Below are positions 35,571 through 42,431 of a stretch of 42,431 nt of DNA, in pieces. Below the pieces are notes generated by a model. That model did not search any database. It was not told the origin of the DNA and was given only the letters and a program-made list of their open reading frames with translations. Location: IMG/VR virus record IMGVR_UViG_3300011417_000007, positions 1-42,431 of that record; one strand, 5' to 3'. The stretch comes from a virus (taxonomy: Duplodnaviria; Caudoviricetes). The position numbers and the translations under genes are program-made. How positions within the stretch are numbered: position 1 is the stretch's first letter; each line of letters begins with the position of its first letter.

Positions 35571-36871
35571 TTGCCAAGTCCTTGGAGTCGTTGAACGCAG
35601 AGTCCGTAATATGAAGCTTCCCGCTCGACAGCAGTGGCTCGGAGTCCAAGCATATGACCTGCCTCAAGAATTGTTCCACTGCCCGCAAAGCAGTCGAGCA
35701 CGCGATCTCCCGGCTTGCAGGATCGTTTGAGAAGTTCACAGTAAGCTGATACAGGCTTTGCTGCACCGTGGCCGGAGTGGGATTCCCCGCTCGAAAAGGC
35801 ACTGGCAAAGGAATCTCCGTATATTCCTGTGACTGGGCGTTTACCTTTAACTGCATAGCATACCAGTTCATAAGTTCTCCGTGGTCCGTGTTCAGGCCAG
35901 GGGACCCGCCCCCCTTCCTGCTTAATGTTGATTAAAGGAGTGCGGTGGGTCCAGAATCCTGCTCCTTCGAGACGCCCTCTGATGAAGTGGAAGAGGTCAA
36001 TGTCACACCAGACGTAGATGTGAGACTGAGGTCTTGCCACCTCCCACAGAAGGGGCATGAGATTTGTGAGGAGGGTCTGGGTTTCTTCCCGCCCGTCCTT
36101 GTAGTCATGATCGATTGCAGTGTATTTGCCAGCCCCATCTCCAAAATTATCCGCTCCGATTCCGTAAGGGGGATCGATGACAATGCAGTCAAAACGATCG
36201 GAGGTTTGCCGAAGCCACTGAAGGCAATCGGCGTGGTATACAGAGTGTCGCTCATTCGTGGCTTCCAGGCCTATGATGGCCGCGAGTTGCGTGTTGTAGG
36301 CCGCGTCGTCTTTCTTCTTGATAATCTTGAGAGCGTCGTGGAGAGATTTCGCCTTAGCGACGTTAGTGTCTCCCGCAGCAATATGGCGAGTGACAAGAAG
36401 CGCCTCGCGTATGCGCTGTCCTGGGGCGGCGTGATCAGGAAGTATGGACTCTGCGATTTGTCCAGGTGTAGCTTCGGGCCGCTGTATTTCCTTGAGACGT
36501 GCGAGTCGAGCCATTGCCTCAGCGCGCTCCTGCCACGATAAGTCGACACGGACTGTGTTTTCGGAGAGTTCGGCTTCTTCACGGGAGAGTTCATCTAGTT
36601 CTCCTAAGGTGAGGGCGGGAATCCAGCCCGCCGGGACTGTGATGTTATTGCACTTGAAGCTCGTCCCCATCTCGTCAAGCATCTGGATCGCCTTGAATCG
36701 GCGTTCTCCAGCAACAAGAACTCGATCCTGGCCGTCCTCCCTGATGGTAATGGGGTTGAGCAGCCCGTTGCGTTCGATGTCCGAGGCAAGGTCTGAAAGG
36801 CGGTCAGGGTCGAAGTCTCGACGCTGGCGGTGCGCGGGGATTTTGATCGTGGCGAGAGGGTAGAGTTGCAT
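35567..36871 (-). CDS. ParB-like domain fused to an N6A/N4C DNA methyltransferase (beta class)
   Basis: GLLNPITI..LVAGERR and EN..R.DL (ParB). DPPY, H...KP and VLDCFAGSGT (methyltransferase). Confidence 0.88.
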   Translation of the reverse strand: MQLYPLATIKIPAHRQRRDFDPDRLSDLASDIERNGLLNPITIREDGQDRVLVAGERRFKAIQMLDEMGTSFKCNNITVPAGWIPALTLGELDELSREEAELSENTVRVDLSWQERAEAMARLARLKEIQRPEATPGQIAESILPDHAAPGQRIREALLVTRHIAAGDTNVAKAKSLHDALKIIKKKDDAAYNTQLAAIIGLEATNERHSVYHADCLQWLRQTSDRFDCIVIDPPYGIGADNFGDGAGKYTAIDHDYKDGREETQTLLTNLMPLLWEVARPQSHIYVWCDIDLFHFIRGRLEGAGFWTHRTPLINIKQEGGRVPWPEHGPRRTYELVCYAVKGKRPVTGIYGDSFASAFSSGESHSGHGAAKPVSAYCELLKRSCKPGDRVLDCFAGSGTILEAGHMLGLRATAVEREASYYGLCVQRLQGLGK

Positions 36872-36986
36872 CGGGAATCGATTTTTGGCGGGTTAAAAAC
36901 GTCGGAGCGATGGGTGGGAGAACGCCCGATGCGATGACACGGGGTAACGTGGCACATCATCTCGGGCCGATCTATGCGTGGCACAA

Positions 36987-37295
36987 CTACACTTCCAATC
37001 GGTTTAAGACACCCTCAATGCGGCTCGCGATGTTCTGAAATTCACGATTTAGGTCATGAAGTTGGCGAGCAAAGGGACTGGCGGGCTCCCCTCGTCCGAT
37101 GGTTTCCTTCTCAGGCAGCGGCGGTTCACAACGAAGAAAGGGCTCAAGACGCTGATTAAGGAGGTCTGTGATCGCGTAGAGATTCTTGACTGAAGACTTC
37201 AGTCGATCGATTTGTTCTGGGACTTCAAGAGAACGAACAGCCGCGTCAACCCGTGGGTCTTGCGGTTGCCCTCTGTATGTATCATTATAAGCCAT
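36987..37295 (-). CDS. Hypothetical coiled-coil protein
   Basis: 102 aa from MAYNDT with a GGGG RBS. Confidence 0.65.
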   Translation of the reverse strand: MAYNDTYRGQPQDPRVDAAVRSLEVPEQIDRLKSSVKNLYAITDLLNQRLEPFLRCEPPLPEKETIGRGEPASPFARQLHDLNREFQNIASRIEGVLNRLEV

Positions 37296-37305
37296 TTGTT
37301 TCCCC

Positions 37306-37396
37306 AAGAAAAAGGGCTACTCGCTGCACCTAATACCCTGCCACTGGAAGCTCATAGAGTCTCACTCGGCCCAAGTTTCGGCATCCGCTTTCGCCC
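37306..37396 (-). ncRNA. Candidate structured cis-RNA / terminator with a loop-E motif
   Basis: GGGC-GAA-AGCGGAUGC...GCAGCG-AGUA-GCCC followed by UUUUUCUU, filling the gap after the SSB-like gene. Confidence 0.45.
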
Positions 37397-37402
37397 GGTG
37401 AA

Positions 37403-37867
37403 TTACAGTGCGCGGAAAGCCTTCACATCCTCGTAGAACTTCGCAGCGTCGTCGCGGTCAACACGATGGCTGACAACGAAACGAGTCGAACGTCCGGGGA
37501 GCATGGAGAAAGCAAACGGAGCGCCCTTCTGATTCAGGCCTACAGCTTCACGCAAACGCCCGAGGGTGATGTTGCGTCCCTCGCCCATTTCCAGGTTGCC
37601 TTCGCCGTTGACATCCAGCATGATTCCGGCGCGAACTTTGCGCTTGGTCATCTGGGTGCCCGCGAGAGCGGCAGCGTCGGAAGTCTCGAGTTGGACGTTG
37701 AGCTTGACCCAAGGCTGGCCAGCTTTGTCACCTTTCGAGATGGTGCCAGATTCAACGTTTACGTCTGTGATGTTGCCGACGTATTCGCCTGGCGGGCAAA
37801 GCGGAATCGACGTGCTGTTCGCGTCGTTGAGGACTGAGTTCATGAACTGCTCTGGATTAAAGGACAT
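37403..37867 (-). CDS. Putative ssDNA-binding protein (DUF669-like OB fold)
   Basis: P.GEY...I..V, W.KL.VQ and LGRLREAVGL. Located downstream of the Sak4-like ATPase. Confidence 0.65.
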   Translation of the reverse strand: MSFNPEQFMNSVLNDANSTSIPLCPPGEYVGNITDVNVESGTISKGDKAGQPWVKLNVQLETSDAAALAGTQMTKRKVRAGIMLDVNGEGNLEMGEGRNITLGRLREAVGLNQKGAPFAFSMLPGRSTRFVVSHRVDRDDAAKFYEDVKAFRAL

Positions 37868-37912
37868 GGTGTGTTTACCTAGGTAAGAGTTGAAAAGGCA
37901 CAGTAGATACGT

Positions 37913-38737
37913 CTACTGCGTTTCAATGATTCCGCCGCGGCTTTTCCAAGCGTTGACGAGACCAACGAAACTGGGTGGAAGGTCCGCTTTGATGACTGCG
38001 TTGCGGGCCTTGAGGACGGCTTGGGCATCAGCGGTGTCCCAAAGGAACTTGTCGCCGTTGCGTTTGGCCAGGATTACGTCTGTGAAGTAGCGCGGGAGGA
38101 CAGGGGCGAGAGCTTTCCCTGGCATCGAGGCCATGATTTTCATGCCGCCTTGGACTGGATCGATTTCGCGCTCGGCGTGGCAGTTGAGGACGAAATGACA
38201 GCGGAAGGCGGTGCAGAGCTGGTTGATCAGGGACTCGATCTGGCGCTGGATCAGGCCATAGTCGGCGGGCGAGAGGGCTGGACGGTTGCCCACCGCATTC
38301 TGGCGGGAAGCTATGCCCAGGCCTGACCCTGAATCAATGACGAAAGCTTTGTCAGTGCCCCAGGAGGCAATATTACCGAACTTTTGGCCTGTGCGTTCGC
38401 AGGTGAAGTCTGTGAGCGCCCCGAGCATCTTCATCCAGGGGGAATCGGTGAACCGCTTGTTGTCGTGAGCCTTGGTGATGTTCTCGAAAGTCATGGTACC
38501 GATTCTGGTAGCCATTTCTTTCAAGGACTCAAGGTTCTCCAGCATCGGCGGGACGTACATCCAGTGGAGCTTTTCCTTCGGCACGTCACCAAGGACGTCG
38601 AAGGAGTTTTCTGTGAATAGGCACAAGGGGGTTAAGCCTGCGTCTACGAGGGTTCGGAGGGCGTAGGTCTTGCCGACGCCAGAGTCTCCGAGAAGTAGGA
38701 CTTTGATTCCAGGTAAGGGACTAAGCTCCTTAGCCAT
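37913..38737 (-). CDS. AAA_24 / Sak4-like ATPase (recombinase)
   Basis: Walker A GDSGVGKT, FVIDS, DYG and LNCH..RE. Confidence 0.8.
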   Translation of the reverse strand: MAKELSPLPGIKVLLLGDSGVGKTYALRTLVDAGLTPLCLFTENSFDVLGDVPKEKLHWMYVPPMLENLESLKEMATRIGTMTFENITKAHDNKRFTDSPWMKMLGALTDFTCERTGQKFGNIASWGTDKAFVIDSGSGLGIASRQNAVGNRPALSPADYGLIQRQIESLINQLCTAFRCHFVLNCHAEREIDPVQGGMKIMASMPGKALAPVLPRYFTDVILAKRNGDKFLWDTADAQAVLKARNAVIKADLPPSFVGLVNAWKSRGGIIETQ

Positions 38738-38748
38738 GTGAAACTCCT

Positions 38749-39075
38749 TTAACAGGTTTTGTTGTGCTTGTGCGGGCGAGTCAGGTTGTAGGACATCTTG
38801 ATTGCAACGGCTGCGCCCAAGTGGATTCCTCGATAGCCTGCAAGGTCGAAAACGCGGATAATTATGTCAGCGAGTTCTTCTTCCTCGTTGGTTAGCTGGA
38901 CGGGCTTGGTGCAGGGCTCCCGGAGCGTGTTCGCGCGGTAGGCTTCCAACAGCTCGGAGACCTCCGCGTGGATCAGGCAGAGCTTCTCAGGGTAGTTGGT
39001 GTTCTCTTCCCAGAAGCCCTTGTTGGTTGCGTTCTCGTGGGCGAGCTGCACCCCGATGCAGATGCCTGCGATCAT
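38749..39075 (-). CDS. MazG-like nucleotide pyrophosphohydrolase
   Basis: KGFW...LIHAEVSELLEA.R...EEELADIIIRVFDL...KM.YN.TR.HKH.K. The start could also be 39093. Confidence 0.85.
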   Translation of the reverse strand: MIAGICIGVQLAHENATNKGFWEENTNYPEKLCLIHAEVSELLEAYRANTLREPCTKPVQLTNEEEELADIIIRVFDLAGYRGIHLGAAVAIKMSYNLTRPHKHNKTC

Positions 39076-39085
39076 GTCCTCTTCT

Positions 39086-39217
39086 CTAGTCATCGGAATC
39101 TTCGTCAGTGTCTTCATCTGGGTCTGCGTCGTCGTCGAGGTTATCAGTACCGTCAAAGTCTTCCCACCCGTCTTCATCTGGCGGGCTGACAGGTTGTTCA
39201 ATTGCTTGATGGATCAT
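39086..39217 (-). CDS. 43-aa hyper-acidic peptide
   Basis: Strong GGAGGAG RBS. 20 of 43 residues are D/E and none are K/R. Confidence 0.6.
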   Translation of the reverse strand: MIHQAIEQPVSPPDEDGWEDFDGTDNLDDDADPDEDTDEDSDD

Positions 39218-40139
39218 TCCACTCCTCCAGTAACATTTCCGTCCGCGTAAGCGGGTCCCACCGCCTGCGTTCGAAGTAAGCCGGGAGCCATTCCATTGGC
39301 TCTGGGGACTTGCAAACTCGAGAAAACTGGCACCCGCCGTACTCGGCACAGGTTTCGCCCAGGTTGTAGTCGTACTCCCCGCGCTCCCACATATCCTGGA
39401 GGCGTTTGAGGTCTCTTAAAGTCTGCGCGTACCAGCGATCAATCTCCCACTGGGGTCTGTAGGTGATGTGCTGAGCGTGATTAAATTTTGTCTTGAGGAT
39501 GGCAATGCCCCTGACCAATACACCATCCACCTGAAATCCGATGCGGTGGCCGGCCCAGCAATAACCAGTGAATTGGCCCCGCATTTCCCACTGGTTGTAC
39601 CAAGAGGAGCCGAGGGCGGAAGTGGTTTTGTCGTCTGCGATATAGAGGCCATTGTTGAGTTCTGCGATGAAGTCGGAGCGCCCGCAATAGATGACAGGAT
39701 CGCCCGTCTCGGGATTGAGGAAGTCGAGGGGCTCCGCGAAGGAGAACTCGATGGCGTGCTTGCCGGAGGGGAGCTTAATCGGCCTCGCGGCATCGGTTTC
39801 AAGGGGGAAGGCTTCGAAGTAGTAGTCCAGGGCCTCGACAAGGCGTTCGGCGGACTTGGCTGACTCCGGCGGGCACTCGAACGAGCCGTAGAAGTCGAGG
39901 AGCGCGCGGACTCCGAGGGCTATGGAGTCATCCTGGGATTGCCCGTTGTCGAAGAATGCTTGGCGGATGGCTTCGAGGCCATGAGCCCAGGCAGCCCCGG
40001 CGTGTAAGTGAACGCTCTTGCCCTTGTACTTCCAGTGTTCTATGTAAGACAATTCGGCTTTTCGCGGGCACCCGCGAAAAGTATTGAGCATGGTGTTATC
40101 GACGACTGCAGGGAAGGGCGGGCGGTAGAGAGCGGACAT
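39198..40139 (-). CDS. PD-(D/E)XK (Cas4/RecB-like) exonuclease
   Basis: N-terminal GCPRK, GRSD..IADDKTT, Q..GY and C-terminal C..YGGC.F..VC. Start refined to MSALY. Confidence 0.85.
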   Translation of the reverse strand: MSALYRPPFPAVVDNTMLNTFRGCPRKAELSYIEHWKYKGKSVHLHAGAAWAHGLEAIRQAFFDNGQSQDDSIALGVRALLDFYGSFECPPESAKSAERLVEALDYYFEAFPLETDAARPIKLPSGKHAIEFSFAEPLDFLNPETGDPVIYCGRSDFIAELNNGLYIADDKTTSALGSSWYNQWEMRGQFTGYCWAGHRIGFQVDGVLVRGIAILKTKFNHAQHITYRPQWEIDRWYAQTLRDLKRLQDMWERGEYDYNLGETCAEYGGCQFSRVCKSPEPMEWLPAYFERRRWDPLTRTEMLLEEWNDPSSN

Positions 40140-40186
40140 TCGGGACTCCTGTGACAGGAACGGAGACACCCCAGAGGGTGGCCGGA

Positions 40187-40732
40187 TTACGAGAGGAAAG
40201 CTTTGAGAGCGTCTTCTGGATCGACCTCGGTTTTCTTGGCACGGGACTTTGCGGAAGCGATGGCGGCAGACCCGCGGTCTTGGCGCATCTCCTTGAGCAG
40301 GTCGCGGAGAGCCTCGTCAGTCATCTCGCCCGCAGCGATTTTGACCCTGGCTTCGACTATCTTTTGCATTAAAGACTGAGACATGGCGGATTCCGATAAT
40401 GTGGAACAGATACTAACCGATTCTGTGGTACTTGTAAAATCGTACATCACAGTCAGCTCTCGTTCCAAGAGTTCGCGTGGGAGTTCAGAGATGGTTTCTT
40501 CGTAGAAGGCGAGGGAGCCGGGGACTTCGTCGAGATAGGGTAGCTCGCCAAGGGCGGCACGTAGAACTGGGATGTAGACTTTTTGCCCGCGGTCGATGAG
40601 CGCCCAGGTGTGGCCGGTCCAAGGAGAGACGAGGGCTGTGTTGCAGTGCCAATAGGCCCACTTGGGCCACTCCTTGATCGGGGAGTGGTAGGAGTAGATG
40701 AAGTCGCCGGAGGGCGGGAACAGGCGGATCAT
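40187..40732 (-). CDS. Hypothetical protein; probable in-frame internal start at 40384 giving a 65-aa protein
   Basis: The ATG at 40732 overlaps the upstream stop. The C-terminal 65 aa (MSQSL...) form a distinct basic helical unit preceded by a promoter-like sequence. Confidence 0.55.
   Translation of the reverse strand: MIRLFPPSGDFIYSYHSPIKEWPKWAYWHCNTALVSPWTGHTWALIDRGQKVYIPVLRAALGELPYLDEVPGSLAFYEETISELPRELLERELTVMYDFTSTTESVSICSTLSESAMSQSLMQKIVEARVKIAAGEMTDEALRDLLKEMRQDRGSAAIASAKSRAKKTEVDPEDALKAFLS
40410..40438 (-). promoter_or_regulatory. Possible internal promoter for the recombination/replication genes (TTTACA-17 bp-TAGTAT)
   Basis: AT-rich patch inside the ORF, about 26 bp upstream of ATG 40384. 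Confidence 0.35.
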
Positions 40733-40911
40733 AGAGCCCACTCCTCCTGGGACAGCCAGCGTTGGACTACTGGCATGTCGGGTAAGTCCTCAAGGCGACA
40801 CTTGATCGGCCTCTCCTTTATGCCGAGCTTACGACGACGCTCGGCCATTTGCTTGAGCTTGTGCTCACGAGTGCGCAGGTAGTAGGATCGTCGGTATTCT
40901 TTCTCGGTCAT
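40729..40911 (-). CDS. Small basic hypothetical protein
   Basis: 60 aa, ATGA coupling. Confidence 0.6.
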   Translation of the reverse strand: MTEKEYRRSYYLRTREHKLKQMAERRRKLGIKERPIKCRLEDLPDMPVVQRWLSQEEWAL

Positions 40912-41297
40912 CTGGTTTTTAGTGCAGCGATAATGGCGGCGCGGGCTTCCAGCACGATCGGGTGGTCATCTAAGGCATCGACATGCAGTAACACGTACGC
41001 ATCCACCAGCCGCATCACGTCCGGCTCTATGCTTGTGGGTGGGTCTTGATGCAAATGAACTGGAGTACCGTGCAGATCGCCTACGTACTGAAATCTGTAC
41101 TTTGCCCGCGCCTTCTCAAAAGCTGTCACCACTCGCTCGAAGAGCGGCATGACCTTTTCTCCCCTGATCGGACGAGGTAGCCCCAGGGCTTCGATGCGGT
41201 CAGCGAGGGTTTTCCAAGGGCTCTCGACTACCCGCCGGCCGTCAGGATCGCCCGCGTTGTGCATGCCGCCCAGTTTGAAGTCTTCGAGGTCGCTCAT
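40908..41297 (-). CDS. Hypothetical protein
   Basis: 129 aa, ATGA coupling. Confidence 0.65.
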   Translation of the reverse strand: MSDLEDFKLGGMHNAGDPDGRRVVESPWKTLADRIEALGLPRPIRGEKVMPLFERVVTAFEKARAKYRFQYVGDLHGTPVHLHQDPPTSIEPDVMRLVDAYVLLHVDALDDHPIVLEARAAIIAALKTR

Positions 41298-41470
41298 TTC
41301 ACCCGCCGAATCTTGGAGCGCTCGTGCTCCAGCACCAGTGGGACTTGCGGCCTCAGGATCGACGGGCCAGAGACGTACCTGAACTTCGTACCCTTTTCAA
41401 TGACGGAGCCCTTGAAGCGTTCCTTCAGGTAAGCTTTAGCAGCTAAGAGCTTTTCTTCGCGCGTGTCCAC
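41294..41470 (-). CDS. Hypothetical 58-aa protein (MDTREEKLLAAKAYL...)
   Basis: Hand-translated. GTG after AGGAG, and the stop overlaps the next ATG. Confidence 0.6.
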   Translation of the reverse strand: MDTREEKLLAAKAYLKERFKGSVIEKGTKFRYVSGPSILRPQVPLVLEHERSKIRRVK

Positions 41471-42012
41471 ATTAACTCCTCGTGTCGGAGTAGGAAAGCT
41501 TCGGCCGCATCATCGCGGTTCCAGTACTGCAGGGTGATGTCGAGGTATCTGGTTCTGGGGGGATAGTACCAGCCCTTGCCCTTGCCACCTGAACGCATCA
41601 TGGCGCGGGCTTCAGTCTTCAGCATGTGCGCGTCGTAGGCCTTGATGACAGGCCACTCCGCGAACAGTGGGTCTAGGCCGAAGGCGACAGCAATCCGCCA
41701 GTTAGCTCTGCGTTCATAGGCCTTAACACCCTCACCGAGGACTTTTTTCAGCGGCCCGTGAATGTCGTTGAGGCCGAGGGCTTCAGCGCTGTCATGGTGG
41801 AGGGCCTCGAGGGCGAACTTCTTTGGGATGGCGAAGGACATCAGGTAAGCGTGCTCGGCTACGGAGTAGTGGCAGGGAGTGTGCCCACCGTAGCGGCATA
41901 GGCCTCCAAGGCCTGTTGCGAGGTCCTCGATGGAGATGCCTGTGATGTCGTCGAGGTCGCCTTCAGGGTCGAAGAACGCCCCGGAGCATAACTCGATCAG
42001 GGGCTTACTCAT
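41443..42012 (-). CDS. HD-domain phosphohydrolase (YfbR/YfdR-like 5'-deoxynucleotidase)
   Basis: IEDLA..L...CRYGGH...YSVAEH...ALHHDSAEA...DI. Confidence 0.85.
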   Translation of the reverse strand: MSKPLIELCSGAFFDPEGDLDDITGISIEDLATGLGGLCRYGGHTPCHYSVAEHAYLMSFAIPKKFALEALHHDSAEALGLNDIHGPLKKVLGEGVKAYERRANWRIAVAFGLDPLFAEWPVIKAYDAHMLKTEARAMMRSGGKGKGWYYPPRTRYLDITLQYWNRDDAAEAFLLRHEELMWTRAKKSS

Positions 42013-42340
42013 AACGCTTCTTCTCGTCCAGGATCGCTAGTCCCAGAGTCAAGTAGACAATAGCGTCCAGGAAGCGCCCTTCAATCGGCTCGGAGCGCGG
42101 GCGATCTGCGTTCCCGTGCTGCACATCGCGGACATAAGTCTTGATCGCGTCGATGTGCTTGTTGAAGTAGATCAGCCAGATGGTCTCCATTGGGAGGTCG
42201 AGAGCCGCGGCAGCGCTGCGGAAGTTATCCAAGCGATCGAGGTCCTTGGCGTATTCTCCACCCTTGATGACTTGGAGGGCCTGGATCTTTTCCCAGATCT
42301 CGTCGAGGACGGACTTGTAATCTGCGGCGGTATAGGTCAT
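42005..42340 (-). CDS. DUF1599 / nucleotide-modification-associated MazG-fold protein
   Basis: KG.EYA...D.L.NF...K..D.I...EPIEGRFLDAIVY. The start at 42340 is coupled to the upstream gene. Confidence 0.7.
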   Translation of the reverse strand: MTYTAADYKSVLDEIWEKIQALQVIKGGEYAKDLDRLDNFRSAAAALDLPMETIWLIYFNKHIDAIKTYVRDVQHGNADRPRSEPIEGRFLDAIVYLTLGLAILDEKKRYE

Positions 42341-42431
42341 GAGGAGAGCGCCAGTTGAGTGACATACTCCCCGCACTCGTGGTCTGGAGCGACCGGGGGC
42401 CAGACAGAGACAATAGACATCTCAGGCCTAC
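42309..42431. repeat. Terminal direct repeat, right copy
   Basis: Identical to bases 1-123. Confidence 0.95.

Noticed and set aside
35509-35871. 120-aa minus-strand ORF
   Set aside because: It lies almost wholly inside the ParB-methyltransferase gene in another frame and has no independent support.
35567-36871. Plasmid-prophage partition system
   Set aside because: The ParB domain is fused to a methyltransferase. No ParA, Rep protein or repressor was seen.
36604-36984. 126-aa ORF upstream of and overlapping the ParB-methyltransferase gene
   Set aside because: Most of it overlaps the methyltransferase gene out of frame and it has no recognisable features. The 36872-36986 gap may be regulatory instead.
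39198-40139. Cas4 as evidence of a CRISPR system
   Set aside because: It is a solo Cas4/RecB-like nuclease in a Sak4-SSB recombination module, with no other cas genes or array.
41443-42340. Z-genome (2-aminoadenine) pathway
   Set aside because: HD and MazG-fold hydrolases are present, but no PurZ/adenylosuccinate-synthetase homologue is visible.

Overview
The window appears to be the complete genome of a tailed dsDNA phage with a podovirus-type gene set. Bases 1-123 are repeated exactly at 42309-42431, so the unique length is about 42,308 bp, and the reading frames continue across the junction. There are two divergent arms. The minus-strand early/replication arm runs from 6032 down to 1 and on from 42340 to 31971. 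It encodes many small proteins, a SAM methyltransferase, a PagP-like outer-membrane barrel, DUF1937, DUF1599-like, HD and MazG-like nucleotide hydrolases, a Cas4-like nuclease, a Sak4-like ATPase, an SSB-like protein, a ParB-DNA methyltransferase fusion, a UDG-PolA fusion and a DUF3987-like ATPase. The plus-strand late arm (6389-32026) encodes terminase, portal, a head-accessory cluster, scaffold, capsid, adaptor/nozzle, ejection proteins with an embedded PAPS-reductase-family gene, tail fibres and lysis genes, and ends with a ClpP + metallophosphoesterase + metallopeptidase cassette. I see no integrase, repressor, RNA polymerase, tRNA or CRISPR array. The most striking non-coding signal is two identical ACCGTTCGTCGG boxes, which contain the AlgR-binding consensus. 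They lie 12 and 22 bp upstream of two near-consensus sigma70 early promoters, suggesting that a host AlgR-like pilus/surface-sensing regulator controls early transcription. Other non-coding signals are a symmetric origin-like element (5372-5512) and a candidate loop-E structured RNA (37314-37396). All family assignments come from recognising motifs by eye, not from database searches.
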